Positions 9,351 through 19,556 of a stretch of 64,000 bases of DNA are shown here, one piece after another. The notes under the pieces are model-generated. The model worked only from the letters and a program-made list of their open reading frames with translations, was not told the DNA's origin and searched no databases. This stretch comes from an uncultured Chloroflexia bacterium (GTDB taxonomy: Bacteria; Chloroflexota; Dehalococcoidia; DSTF01; JALHUB01): assembly GCA_963842845.1 (NCBI GenBank), contig CAWJHZ010000005.1, forward strand, positions 1,308 to 65,307, given 5' to 3'. The position numbers were made by a program, and so were the translations under genes. Numbering within the stretch: the stretch's first letter is position 1; each line of letters starts with the position of its first letter.

Positions 9351-10545
9351 TGGTAAATAACGGGTTTTTAAGTATAGGATTTGTACCCCATCCAGAGCCA
9401 CTACTCCAACTATTTGTTGGGCTACTGGCACTGAAATTCCAGTAAAGATTGTTGCTAAGTGTGATAACAGAGGAGGGATATGAATAATTATTTATGGCAA
9501 GAACAGTCGCTCCTTGGGTAGTGAAGATATTGTTCTCGATGATAACATTCCCTGTGATTTCAGTGGTAGATAATCTGTTTTCCCACAGGGCAGGATATCC
9601 TATGGTTCTCACCGTGTTATTGAAGATGTAGATATCATGCATGGTTGAATTAGCAGTACCAAGACAAACAAGGCTGATACCATATGAAGATGTATCAATG
9701 ATATTGTTATAGATGTTGATGTTGTAGAGTGTTCCAGTGTTCTCTGACCCGAATGCCATTGAATTATCATCACCGGTTCCCCCTGAGATGTAGTTGTTAT
9801 AGATGTCAATGTCATGTTCATTTCCTCCTTGTGGGTCAAGATAGATTCCTACGTTATTCCATGCTTTTGATGTTGGATTGTTTATATAAATCGTATTATG
9901 ATGGAGAGACCCGGTGTAACAACCTCCTTTTACATCTATCCCTTCCCGTCCATAATATGAGAGACTGTTATCATGGATGTTGAAATTGTTGATGCTTGAA
10001 AGAGAGATTGCTTCTTGTCCTACTTGCTGGCCACCATTTGCTTGTAGATGCACACGATAGACTGTGTTATTATCAAACTCGACAGAGCTTATCGCATAAA
10101 ACTTTATCCCTGAACATTGACATTCATGGATGTAACAATGGTCGATACGGATATGACTATTTTCTGGGTTGCTCGGGTCAGATGAACCAGTATCAGTACC
10201 AATCCAGATTCCATCTAACAGAGAATTTGTTATCTCTAATCCCGTGATTCTGAGATAATGACAACCTGTGAGAATGAAGACCCCTTGACCCCAGCTGTTA
10301 CTTGTGACCCCTGTTCCGTCTACGATGACGGCAGAAGTGTTAGATGGATTCGGCTGCAATGTTATCCATGCGCTGCTCGTACCAGTTTTAGAGATAGTTA
10401 CTTGTTCATTATATATCCCTTGACTGATGTTGATGGTGTCTCCTGCTGAAACCTTACTTAACGCATATTGAATCGCCAGCCACGGGGCACTAGACGACCC
10501 TGAATTTGAGTTACTGCCTGATTTAGAAACATAATAATTCGTCAT
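9334..10545 (-). CDS. right-handed parallel beta-helix (PbH1/pectate-lyase fold) surface protein, N-terminal part; frameshift near 9340-9370
   Basis: Repeated NNTIY.N/IHDN coils such as NIHDNSLSYYG and NIYNNIIDTSSYGI. It ends NPLFTSTDNT, exactly where the conserved ...NPLF-DFHLQ... motif continues in the other frame. A T5 homopolymer lies at 9365-9369. Confidence 0.6.
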   Translation of the reverse strand: MTNYYVSKSGSNSNSGSSSAPWLAIQYALSKVSAGDTINISQGIYNEQVTISKTGTSSAWITLQPNPSNTSAVIVDGTGVTSNSWGQGVFILTGCHYLRITGLEITNSLLDGIWIGTDTGSSDPSNPENSHIRIDHCYIHECQCSGIKFYAISSVEFDNNTVYRVHLQANGGQQVGQEAISLSSINNFNIHDNSLSYYGREGIDVKGGCYTGSLHHNTIYINNPTSKAWNNVGIYLDPQGGNEHDIDIYNNYISGGTGDDNSMAFGSENTGTLYNINIYNNIIDTSSYGISLVCLGTANSTMHDIYIFNNTVRTIGYPALWENRLSTTEITGNVIIENNIFTTQGATVLAINNYSYPSSVITLSNNLYWNFSASSPTNSWSSGSGWGTNPILKNPLFTSTDNT

Positions 10546-10584
10546 AAAATAAATAATGAAGTATCTGTGATTTAAAGTTTATTG

Positions 10585-11337
10585 TTATTTCAGATAGAGT
10601 CCTTTATATCTCCCTGATTTCCCTCTTTTTATTGATAAACCATCATTATGGCGTGTTGACCACATTGGTTGCTCAGGGGGGATGTAAGTATCATTTATTT
10701 CAACGCAATCATACCATACTGTATACGAACTCCCTGTTTTTAAATCACCGAAATATATACCAACTAAAGGAGAATTAAGACCTCTTGTACCTGTCGTAAA
10801 ACCTGATACGCTTAATTCTAATCTCCCATTAATATAGAGTTTCGCCCATGAGGTGCTAGTTGTTTTATCTGCATACATGCCAAAGCAGAAACAGTACATC
10901 TTCATGAGTGCCACGGGTACCGTTCCTATTAGATTTACTGAGGTTGTCCCGTTATAATATTTTATGCACCAATATCCTGTTCCAGCAGAATTATATATGC
11001 CACATAGCCCAGGAGTACTTCCTGTAACTGTATCATAAAATGTCAGTATCCTTACCATATTACTCGCATCAGTAAGACTATCTGCCATCACATAGGCACG
11101 CATCCAACATGGATTACCACATGTTGGTCCTTGCAAAAACGCTTTCCCGTTGTTACCACTGTTTCCTGACGCTATAGTTGCAGCAGCACAGTATTTCCCA
11201 TGATGAGGATGTAATGTTGAATAGGTAAACGTGTTACCCGTGCCAGTTATTTGTGGATTAGGAAAGGCATTCCATTTTATCCAAGCTAATGTAGGGTCAT
11301 CCTCTGGTTCAAAACCATCAATGATATATCTAGTCAT
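10585..11337 (-). CDS. hypothetical secreted protein, possibly concanavalin-A/LamG-like jelly roll
   Basis: 250 aa, beta-rich, rich in Gly/Thr/Asn/Cys and aromatic residues. The fold assignment is a guess. Confidence 0.4.
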   Translation of the reverse strand: MTRYIIDGFEPEDDPTLAWIKWNAFPNPQITGTGNTFTYSTLHPHHGKYCAAATIASGNSGNNGKAFLQGPTCGNPCWMRAYVMADSLTDASNMVRILTFYDTVTGSTPGLCGIYNSAGTGYWCIKYYNGTTSVNLIGTVPVALMKMYCFCFGMYADKTTSTSWAKLYINGRLELSVSGFTTGTRGLNSPLVGIYFGDLKTGSSYTVWYDCVEINDTYIPPEQPMWSTRHNDGLSIKRGKSGRYKGLYLK

Positions 11338-11338
11338 C

Positions 11339-14300
11339 TTATGGGGCCGTCCCTATATAGTATAATAAATCACCGCTAATCACAGCACATGCGTGGACAT
11401 ACCCAATCTGACTAATATCAAGGTTGATTGCCTCGCCTGGGTCAAGAGGGAAACCAGCACCAGAGAACGGCATATGGTTTGCAGTATACCCGCCGATATA
11501 TAAAGTACCACTATTAGTCACAGCGGCTTTCACAAGGAGACTAAGTATTGCTCCTGAGTTCAATATAACCCCACCAGAGAAACAGCCAACGACTTTCGGG
11601 TTAGCGATACCACTGTATGTTGCGGCGATATTCCCTGAGCCGAAAGCGTTTGTCAAGATGGTAGTTGGCGTAACAACTAAAACCGAACCGCTAATCACTG
11701 TCACAGAACCCGAGACAAACACACCGCCGCTAATGATAGTCACCGCACCAGACATCACATGAACCTCACCAGACTGAACACCAACAAGACCCGAGACAGC
11801 AACCGTCCCAGAAACCTGGACAGCACCAGAAACCCATGCACCAACAGAGCCGCTCGTCACCCAAACCTTACCAGAAGTCGGGTCCATAAACTGAATAAGA
11901 CCGCTAATCACTGTCACAGAACCCGAGACAAACACACCGCCGCTAATGATAGTCACCGCACCAGACATCACATGAACCTCACCAGACTGAACACCAACAA
12001 GACCCGAGACAGCAACCGTACCAGAAACCTGGACAGCACCAGAAACCCATGCACCAACAGAGCCGCTCGTCACCCAAACCTTACCAGAAGTCGGGTCCAT
12101 AAACTGAATAAGACCGCTAATCACTGTCACAGAACCCGAGACAAACACACCGCCGCTAATGATAGTCACCGCACCAGACATCACATGAACCTCACCAGAC
12201 TGAACACCAACAAGACCCGAGACAGCAACCGTCCCAGAAACCTGGACAGCACCAGAAACCCATGCACCAACAGAGCCGCTCGTCACCCAAACCTTACCAG
12301 AAGTCGGGTCCATAAACTGAATAAGACCGCTAATCACTGTCACAGAACCCGAGACAAACACACCGCCGCTAATGATAGTCACCGCACCGCTCATTATATG
12401 GACTTCACCAGACTCCAAAGCCACCAGACCAGACTGCACACCCACCAACCCTGAGACAGCAACCGTACCAGACACCCATGCACCAACAACAGAAACCGCA
12501 CCACCAGACTGAATAGTCACAAACAGACCAGAGGCGAGAGTAACACCAACACCAGAAGCAGCATACGTACCAGAAGCAGCCGCCGCAACAACAAAGATAC
12601 CAGATGCCATATAGAAACCAGAATTTAGACTAATAATATTCCCGCTGATGCTTACAACATTACCACTCACACTCATTACACCAGACATTATGTGAATCTC
12701 ACCAGACTGAACACCCACAAGACCAGAGGTTATAATCGGAAGAACAGCACCACCCGATTGAATAGTCACAAACAGACCGCTCCCGATAGTCGTTGTGATA
12801 ACACCACTGATAACAGTAACAGAACCCGAGACAAACACACCGCCGCTGATGATGGTCACAGCACCAGACATCACATGAACCTCACCAGACTCCAAAGCCA
12901 CCAGACCAGACTGAACACCCACAAGACCCGAGATAGCGACCGTACCAGACACCTGAAGAGCACCAGAAACCTGAGCACCAACCACACCGCTAATCACCGT
13001 CACAGACCCGCTAATGAAGACACCACCGCTAATCACCGTCACCGCACCAGACATCACATGCACTTCACCAGATAAAATGCTGATAAAACCAGAGGTCTGA
13101 AGAACCTGAATCTGACCACTAATCACCTGAACCGCACCCGAGACAAACACACCACCAGAAATGATAGTGACTGCTCCAGACATAATATGGACTTCACCCG
13201 AAGTAACACCAATCAAACCAGAGAGAACAGCGACATTACCGCTCCCGATAGAAACATTACCAGAAACAATCACACCACCGGAAACAGTAACACCACCAGA
13301 AGTAATATGAACATCCACAAAACCGCTCATGATATGGACTTCACCAGACTGAACACCCACAAGACCCGAGACAGCAACCGTACCAGACACCCATGCACCA
13401 ACAGAGCCGCTAGTCACCCAAACCTTACCAGAAGTCGGGTCAGTAACCTGAATAAGACCACTGATAACTGTAACAGAACCCGAGACAAACACACCGCCGC
13501 TGATGATGGTCACAGCACCAGACATCACATGAACCTCACCAGACTCCAAAGCCACCAGACCAGACTGAACACCCACAAGACCCGAGATAGCGACCGTACC
13601 AGACACCTGAAGAGCACCAGAAACCTGAGCACCAACCACACCGCTAATCACCGTCACAGACCCGCTAATGAAGACACCACCGCTAATCACCGTCACCGCA
13701 CCAGACATCACATGCACTTCACCAGATAAAATGCTGATAAAACCAGAGGTCTGAAGAACCTGAATCTGACCACTAATCACCTGAACCGCACCCGAGACAA
13801 ACACACCACCAGAAATGATAGTGACTGCTCCAGACATAATATGGACTTCACCCGAAGTAACACCAATCAAACCAGAGAGAACAGCGACATTACCGCTCCC
13901 GATAGAAACATTACCAGAAACAATCACACCACCGGAAACAGTAACACCACCAGAAGTAATATGAACATCCACAAAACCGCTCATGATATGGACTTCACCA
14001 GACTGAACACCCACAAGACCCGAGACAGCAACCGTACCAGACACCCATGCACCAACAGAGCCGCTAGTCACCCAAACCTTACCAGAAGTCGGGTCAGTAA
14101 CCTGAATAAGACCACTGATAACTGTAACAGAACCCGAGACAAACACACCGCCGCTGATGATGGTCACAGCACCAGACATCACATGAACCTCACCAGACTC
14201 CAAAGCCACCAGACCAGACTGAACACCCACAAGACCCGAGATAGCGACCGTACCAGACACCTGAAGAGCACCAGAAACCTGAGCACCAACCACACCGCTA

Positions 14301-17143
14301 ATCACCGTCACAGACCCGCTAATGAAGACACCACCGCTAATCACCGTCACCGCACCAGACATCACATGCACTTCACCAGATAAAATGCTGATAAAACCAG
14401 AGGTCTGAAGAACCTGAATCTGACCACTAATCACCTGAACCGCACCCGAGACAAACACACCACCAGAAATGATAGTGACTGCTCCAGACATAATATGGAC
14501 TTCACCCGAAGTAACACCAATCAAACCAGAGAGAACAGCGACATTACCGCTCCCGATAGAAACATTACCAGAAACAATCACACCACCGGAAACAGTAACA
14601 CCACCAGAAGTAATATGAACATCCACAAAACCGCTCATGATATGGACTTCACCAGACTGAACACCCACAAGACCCGAGACAGCAACCGTACCAGACACCT
14701 GAACTGAACCAGAAACCTGCGTCATACCATACAAACCAGAGGCAAGATACACACCAGATTGAACAGTAACACCCACACCAGAATTAATGATGACACCTAC
14801 ACCAGAGGCACTATAAGTTCCTGATGCCGCGCCAGCAACAACAAAAATACCAGAAGCGAGATAAATACCAGATTGTACAACCACACCAGCGCCAGATTGA
14901 ATGACAACACCGACACCTGAGGCAAAATACTGCCCAGATGCAGAATATATCCCTGAAGCGGCGGCAGTAACAACAAATACGCCAGATGCAAGATAAATAC
15001 CTGATTCTAAAATAACACCAATACCCGATTGAACAACTACACCCACACCAGAAGCAGCATATGTTCCAGAGGCCGCAGCAGTCACCATATAAATACCAGA
15101 TGCAAAATATGAGCCGGATGCAATAGAAACAGTCTCACCAGAAACTTTAGCGATAAGCTGACCTGACATCACATAGATGTTACCGCTCAAAACCTGAACA
15201 TTACCTGAGACACCAACAATACCCGAAACCACAACAGAACCAGAAACAGTCACACCACCACTCGTAATATGAACATCCACGAAACCACTCATCACATGAA
15301 TTTCACCAGATTGGATGCCGACAAAACCAGAAGTCTGCAAAACCTGAATCTGACCACTAATCACCTGAACCGCACCCGAGACAAACACACCACCAGAAAT
15401 GATAGTCACAGCACCACTCATGATATGGACTTCACCCGAAGTAACACCAATCAAACCAGAGAGAACAGCGACATTACCGCTCCCGATAGAAACATTACCA
15501 GAAACAATCACACCACCGGAAACAGTAACACCACCAGAAGTAATATGAACATCCACAAAACCAGACATTATATGGATTTCACCAGATTGAAGAGCAACAA
15601 ATCCAGACGTCTGCAAAACCTGAATCTGACCGCTAATCACCGTCACAGACCCAGAGACAAACACACCACCAGAAATAATAGTCACATTACCGCTCATAAT
15701 ATGGATTTCACCAGAAAAAATGCTGACAAAACCAGAAGTCTGAAGAACCTGAATCTGACCACTAATCACCGTCACAGAACCGCTAATGAACACACCACCA
15801 GAAATGATAGTCACATTACCGCTCATCACATGAACCTCACCAGACTGAACACCCACAAGACCCGAGATAGCGACAGTACCAGACACCTGAACAGCACCAG
15901 AAACCCATGCACCAATACTGCCGCTCGTCACCCAAACCTTCCCAGAAGTCGCATCAACAACCCACGTACCAGACTGATAATACGAACCAGACAACAAGAA
16001 AATCGAGCCAGACACACCAACATTACCAGAGACAATCACAGAACCCGAGACAACAGGGACATTCACATACCCTGACATCACATAGATGTTACCGCTCAAA
16101 ACCTGAACATTACCAGAAACACCAACAATACCAGAAACCACAACCGCACCAGAAACCCAAGCACCAACAGAACCACTCATCACATGAACCTCACCAGAAG
16201 CTACACCGATAAGACCAGATTGAATAGCAACAAAACCAGAAGTCTGCAAAACCTGAATCTGACCACTAATCACCGTCACAGAACCCGAGACAAACACACC
16301 ACCAGAAATGATAGTGATTGCTCCAGACATAATATGGACTTCACCAGACTCCAAAGCAACCAAACCAGACTGAATACCAACCAACCCTGAGATAGCGACC
16401 GTACCAGACACCTGAAGAGCACCAGAAACCTGCGTCATACCATACAAACCAGAGGCAAGATACACACCAGATTGAACAGTAACACCCACACCAGAATTAA
16501 TGATGACACCTACACCAGAGGCAGAATATGTTCCTGATGCCGCGCCAGCAACAACAAAAATACCAGAAGCAATATACACACCAGATTCAACAAAAACATG
16601 TTGCCCTGAAATAAGTACGCCAGCACCAGATTGAATAACGACACCAACACCAGAAGCGAAAAACTGACCGGATGCACCATAAGTACCAGAGCCACCACCC
16701 GTGACAACATATAGACCAGAAGCGATATACACACCTGATTGTACGACGACACCTACACCAGAGGCAGAATATGTTCCTGATGCCGCGCCAGCAACAACAA
16801 AGATACCAGATGCAATATACACACCAGATTCAACAAAAAGATGCTGACCAGAAATCTCAACAATGTTCCCTGAAACCGTGACAGGCTGACCGCTGATATT
16901 CGCAGTTGCGGTAAACGTGCCAGCAACAAAAATGCCGGAGGCAATATACACACCTGATTCAACAAAAACATGGTCTCCCGATACAGTAACAGGTTGACCA
17001 GAGATATCTGTTTTTACATCAAAAACACCTTGAACAAATACTCCGCTTTCAACAAAAACGTGGTCTCCTGATACAGTAACAGGTTGACCAGAGACACTTA
17101 CTGTAGTTGTTGTAATCGGAGTCGGTATAATATCCATTCGCAT
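11339..17143 (-). CDS. giant (1934-aa) Ser-Gly/Val repeat beta-protein; putative fibre or surface layer protein
   Basis: Uninterrupted 5.8-kb ORF. TTTAAATA box and AGGTGAAGT RBS upstream. The protein is a long run of xSGxVxVx units with 71-aa and 218-aa higher-order repeats. Confidence 0.8.
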   Translation of the reverse strand: MRMDIIPTPITTTTVSVSGQPVTVSGDHVFVESGVFVQGVFDVKTDISGQPVTVSGDHVFVESGVYIASGIFVAGTFTATANISGQPVTVSGNIVEISGQHLFVESGVYIASGIFVVAGAASGTYSASGVGVVVQSGVYIASGLYVVTGGGSGTYGASGQFFASGVGVVIQSGAGVLISGQHVFVESGVYIASGIFVVAGAASGTYSASGVGVIINSGVGVTVQSGVYLASGLYGMTQVSGALQVSGTVAISGLVGIQSGLVALESGEVHIMSGAITIISGGVFVSGSVTVISGQIQVLQTSGFVAIQSGLIGVASGEVHVMSGSVGAWVSGAVVVSGIVGVSGNVQVLSGNIYVMSGYVNVPVVSGSVIVSGNVGVSGSIFLLSGSYYQSGTWVVDATSGKVWVTSGSIGAWVSGAVQVSGTVAISGLVGVQSGEVHVMSGNVTIISGGVFISGSVTVISGQIQVLQTSGFVSIFSGEIHIMSGNVTIISGGVFVSGSVTVISGQIQVLQTSGFVALQSGEIHIMSGFVDVHITSGGVTVSGGVIVSGNVSIGSGNVAVLSGLIGVTSGEVHIMSGAVTIISGGVFVSGAVQVISGQIQVLQTSGFVGIQSGEIHVMSGFVDVHITSGGVTVSGSVVVSGIVGVSGNVQVLSGNIYVMSGQLIAKVSGETVSIASGSYFASGIYMVTAAASGTYAASGVGVVVQSGIGVILESGIYLASGVFVVTAAASGIYSASGQYFASGVGVVIQSGAGVVVQSGIYLASGIFVVAGAASGTYSASGVGVIINSGVGVTVQSGVYLASGLYGMTQVSGSVQVSGTVAVSGLVGVQSGEVHIMSGFVDVHITSGGVTVSGGVIVSGNVSIGSGNVAVLSGLIGVTSGEVHIMSGAVTIISGGVFVSGAVQVISGQIQVLQTSGFISILSGEVHVMSGAVTVISGGVFISGSVTVISGVVGAQVSGALQVSGTVAISGLVGVQSGLVALESGEVHVMSGAVTIISGGVFVSGSVTVISGLIQVTDPTSGKVWVTSGSVGAWVSGTVAVSGLVGVQSGEVHIMSGFVDVHITSGGVTVSGGVIVSGNVSIGSGNVAVLSGLIGVTSGEVHIMSGAVTIISGGVFVSGAVQVISGQIQVLQTSGFISILSGEVHVMSGAVTVISGGVFISGSVTVISGVVGAQVSGALQVSGTVAISGLVGVQSGLVALESGEVHVMSGAVTIISGGVFVSGSVTVISGLIQVTDPTSGKVWVTSGSVGAWVSGTVAVSGLVGVQSGEVHIMSGFVDVHITSGGVTVSGGVIVSGNVSIGSGNVAVLSGLIGVTSGEVHIMSGAVTIISGGVFVSGAVQVISGQIQVLQTSGFISILSGEVHVMSGAVTVISGGVFISGSVTVISGVVGAQVSGALQVSGTVAISGLVGVQSGLVALESGEVHVMSGAVTIISGGVFVSGSVTVISGVITTTIGSGLFVTIQSGGAVLPIITSGLVGVQSGEIHIMSGVMSVSGNVVSISGNIISLNSGFYMASGIFVVAAAASGTYAASGVGVTLASGLFVTIQSGGAVSVVGAWVSGTVAVSGLVGVQSGLVALESGEVHIMSGAVTIISGGVFVSGSVTVISGLIQFMDPTSGKVWVTSGSVGAWVSGAVQVSGTVAVSGLVGVQSGEVHVMSGAVTIISGGVFVSGSVTVISGLIQFMDPTSGKVWVTSGSVGAWVSGAVQVSGTVAVSGLVGVQSGEVHVMSGAVTIISGGVFVSGSVTVISGLIQFMDPTSGKVWVTSGSVGAWVSGAVQVSGTVAVSGLVGVQSGEVHVMSGAVTIISGGVFVSGSVTVISGSVLVVTPTTILTNAFGSGNIAATYSGIANPKVVGCFSGGVILNSGAILSLLVKAAVTNSGTLYIGGYTANHMPFSGAGFPLDPGEAINLDISQIGYVHACAVISGDLLYYIGTAP
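11700..12420. repeat. 213-bp tandem repeat, about 3.3 near-identical copies, coding
   Basis: Identical reverse-strand pseudo-ORF peptides recur every 213 bp (11759, 11972, 12185). They encode the 71-aa repeat of the giant protein. Confidence 0.75.
12830..14710. repeat. 654-bp tandem repeat, about 2.9 essentially identical copies, coding
   Basis: 13076-13729 matches 13730-14383 base for base. Partial copies flank on both sides. 654 bp is 3 x 218 codons. Confidence 0.8.
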
Positions 17144-17235
17144 ACTTCACCTAAATAAACATCATTAATTGAGTATTTAAAAATTACATAGAAAAGTTTT
17201 TTATATTCTCATGCTGATGCTTTATGAGGTTAAGT

Positions 17236-17400
17236 ATGCCTCAGCGTATGTATCCATCAGATTATTATGGAGAATGTGTAACTGAACAGGTAACAGAGCC
17301 ATCTGTTATCCCTATCTGGGTTCCTGTCCTTATTGGAATTTCAATTATTGCTATAACCTTAGTTGCTCTATATGCCATTTCTAAATCATCTAAATCGTGA
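17236..17400 (+). CDS. small single-pass membrane protein, 54 aa (not in the ORF track)
   Basis: GAGGT RBS; MPQRMYPSDYYGEC...IPIWVPVLIGISIIAITLVALYAI. Its stop overlaps the start of the next gene. Confidence 0.35.
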   Translation: MPQRMYPSDYYGECVTEQVTEPSVIPIWVPVLIGISIIAITLVALYAISKSSKS

Positions 17401-17405
17401 ATACT

Positions 17406-18071
17406 ATGTTGAAAAAAGGCAACATTCCTTGGAATAAAGGATTGAAAATAGATAAAAATAAATATCCTGCTATGGGGTTTCAAAAAGGACATGCTAAATT
17501 ATATAAAATCAATGGACGGCTGGGAAAAAAACCTTGGAACAAAGAATTAACAAAAGAAACTGACGAGCGAGTCAAAAAAAATGGTGAAAATGCAGGAAAA
17601 ACAAAAAAATTACGGTATTCAACTGGGGAAATAACGAATTGGCTCAAAGATAAAAAAATTGATAGGGATAAATATCCTAATTTCGGTTATTTAAAACCAC
17701 ATACTACTGAAATGAAGAAAAAGATGTCTCAATCATTCAAAGGGAGGCATTTTTCCCCAAAAACTGAATTTAAAGAGGGGGATTTAATTGGTGAAAAACA
17801 TCCAAATTGGCGAGGAGGATATTCACCATATGGATTCGAGTTTAATAAAAAATTAAAGGAATTAATCAGAAAGCGAGATAATTATACTTGCCAAGAATGC
17901 AAATTTACGGAAAAACAATTAGGTTATACTCTTTCTGTGCATCATATAGATTTCAATAAAAAAAACAATGAACCTACAAATCTTATTTCTTTATGCAAAT
18001 CTTGTCATACTCAAACGAGTTTTAATAGAGCGGATTGGACTGATTATTTTCAAAGTAAAATGGGGATTTAA
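17406..18071 (+). CDS. HNH homing endonuclease with NUMOD3-like GNIPWNKG repeats
   Basis: Three G(N/K)xPWNKG repeats at the N-terminus; C-terminal CQEC...SVHHIDFNKKNNEPTNLISLCKSCH HNH core. Confidence 0.8.
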   Translation: MLKKGNIPWNKGLKIDKNKYPAMGFQKGHAKLYKINGRLGKKPWNKELTKETDERVKKNGENAGKTKKLRYSTGEITNWLKDKKIDRDKYPNFGYLKPHTTEMKKKMSQSFKGRHFSPKTEFKEGDLIGEKHPNWRGGYSPYGFEFNKKLKELIRKRDNYTCQECKFTEKQLGYTLSVHHIDFNKKNNEPTNLISLCKSCHTQTSFNRADWTDYFQSKMGI

Positions 18072-18073
18072 AA

Positions 18074-18208
18074 ATGGTTGAAAGAGCTACACCGCAAGAG
18101 TTCTTCGGGTTATTTGATGATAAAATGATTATAATAGGCATCATTGTTGTTGGTATTGTAGCTTGTGTCGCCTGTGTTACTATCGCAAGTATGAAGTGGG
18201 GAAAATGA
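18074..18208 (+). CDS. small TM protein, 44 aa (not in the ORF track)
   Basis: IIIGIIVVGIVACVACVTIA helix; its stop overlaps the next ATG in an ATGA arrangement. Confidence 0.3.
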   Translation: MVERATPQEFFGLFDDKMIIIGIIVVGIVACVACVTIASMKWGK

Positions 18209-18909
18209 GAAAAATACCGTTCTCTAATGTTTTTAATCCTACTCAAAGTATGGTGGTTTCTGCGAACGCTGAAGCGCGTGTTTTCTATGGTGAAATCCCT
18301 CAGGGTTATGTTGGTTTTCTTGGTGTTCTCTCCTCAAAAGTCTACCCGGGAGTTAGTTGGTCATGGTATATTGATAATGAATGTGTTGAAAGCAACATCA
18401 TGGATTCTCTTGGAGATAATACTATATTAAAACCTCCGTATGTTGTGAAAAAATATGTTGAAGTGAAAGCGAAGAATCCTTTCAATCAAGATGTGGCATT
18501 AGAGGCATCATGTAATGGCGTTTTTTATGAAGATACTAAATTTGTTCCTCTTCAGCTTATACCTTTGGAAGAAATAAAAATATTGAAAGAGATAAAAAAT
18601 GAGATGATAGCTAAAAATCCAAAGGGTGAGGTAACAGATGAGCTTATTAATGTCACAGATATTGTTCAGGATGTTCACCCGTCTGATTATGAGGCGAATC
18701 ATGGTTTGCATTGGACTGTCTGTGATGTCGTGAACCGTGGTCCAAATAATGTGTATATCGCGGTGAATGAATGGAAACAACCTGTCGCTCCGTTGTTGCC
18801 TGGTGAGGCACAGAATATCGACCTTGGAAAAAGAGGGTCTATCAAAAAGATTTACCTGAAATGCGATACTGGACAGACGGCTCAGGTACGATTCCATGTA
18901 TTAAAATAG
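18205..18909 (+). CDS. hypothetical protein, 234 aa
   Basis: ORF with ATGA coupling to the upstream mini-ORF. Confidence 0.5.
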   Translation: MRKIPFSNVFNPTQSMVVSANAEARVFYGEIPQGYVGFLGVLSSKVYPGVSWSWYIDNECVESNIMDSLGDNTILKPPYVVKKYVEVKAKNPFNQDVALEASCNGVFYEDTKFVPLQLIPLEEIKILKEIKNEMIAKNPKGEVTDELINVTDIVQDVHPSDYEANHGLHWTVCDVVNRGPNNVYIAVNEWKQPVAPLLPGEAQNIDLGKRGSIKKIYLKCDTGQTAQVRFHVLK

Positions 18910-18915
18910 AGGTGA

Positions 18916-19437
18916 TTGATTTTGAGTATATTGGGTAGATTTGGGAATACTGACTCAACTCATGATTCAGGTTTTGACCTTAGAACCAATATATGTTTTG
19001 GTCGTTTCCAGATGGATGCTAGGAAAGGAAAGGCTGTAACCATTTCTGCTTTGCTTTCAACAGTGGTGGCTAATGCTGGAACAGGGGAATTTGCGTTATA
19101 TGATGATAGCTTAAATTTCCTTGGCAATACGAGTCAGGTAGCAGTTCCAAACGTACAAGTTGATTATTTTACTTCAGGGTTAACAGCCCCATATATTTTA
19201 AATCCTGGCGCATTTTATTATCTTGCTGTATGGGGTAGTAATGATGGAGCACAACCAATCGCATGTGGTTGGAAAAATAGTGCTGGAGACCATGTGTACG
19301 TTGATAATCTTAATGTTTATGATGCTTGGCCTAACCCGATTGTTAAAGACCAAGATTTTGCTGATTACTTATTGATGGTATGGTTGGATTATGATTCATA
19401 TATTCAAGATGCGGTTTTAACTGGTTTCGCTAAATAA
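18916..19437 (+). CDS. hypothetical protein, 173 aa, with a TTG start
   Basis: GAGGTGA RBS immediately upstream. Confidence 0.45.
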   Translation: MILSILGRFGNTDSTHDSGFDLRTNICFGRFQMDARKGKAVTISALLSTVVANAGTGEFALYDDSLNFLGNTSQVAVPNVQVDYFTSGLTAPYILNPGAFYYLAVWGSNDGAQPIACGWKNSAGDHVYVDNLNVYDAWPNPIVKDQDFADYLLMVWLDYDSYIQDAVLTGFAK

Positions 19438-19451
19438 ATGTATTACAATCA

Positions 19452-19502
19452 TACAATATTACACAATTTTTTTTGTTTTTTTTCTAAAAATGTAATATTG
19501 TA
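19452..19502. terminator. bidirectional rho-independent terminator between convergent genes
   Basis: Inverted repeat TACAATATTACA ... TGTAATATTGTA with a loop rich in T8 runs. Confidence 0.5.
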
Positions 19503-19556
19503 ATATGTCAATAACTATCAATAACTAATCAATAAAATTACTTTCTCATTAAACTA

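Noticed and set aside
9609-10449. ORFs 9609-9839 (minus, other frame), 9729-9983, 9996-10247 and 10258-10449 (plus)
   Set aside because: They are embedded in, or antisense to, the beta-helix gene. They are Cys/His-rich and low-complexity with no RBS.
11700-14710. Possible CRISPR array suggested by regular repeats
   Set aside because: The repeat units are 213 and 654 bp and are contiguous without unique spacers. They are in-frame coding repeats of the giant protein.
11424-16390. Numerous plus-strand ORFs (112-268 aa) rich in His/Arg/Thr/Asn inside the giant gene, some repeated identically three times
   Set aside because: They are the antisense reading of the tandem repeats. They have low-complexity composition and no RBS, and they merely mirror the 654/213-bp repeat periodicity of the minus-strand giant ORF.
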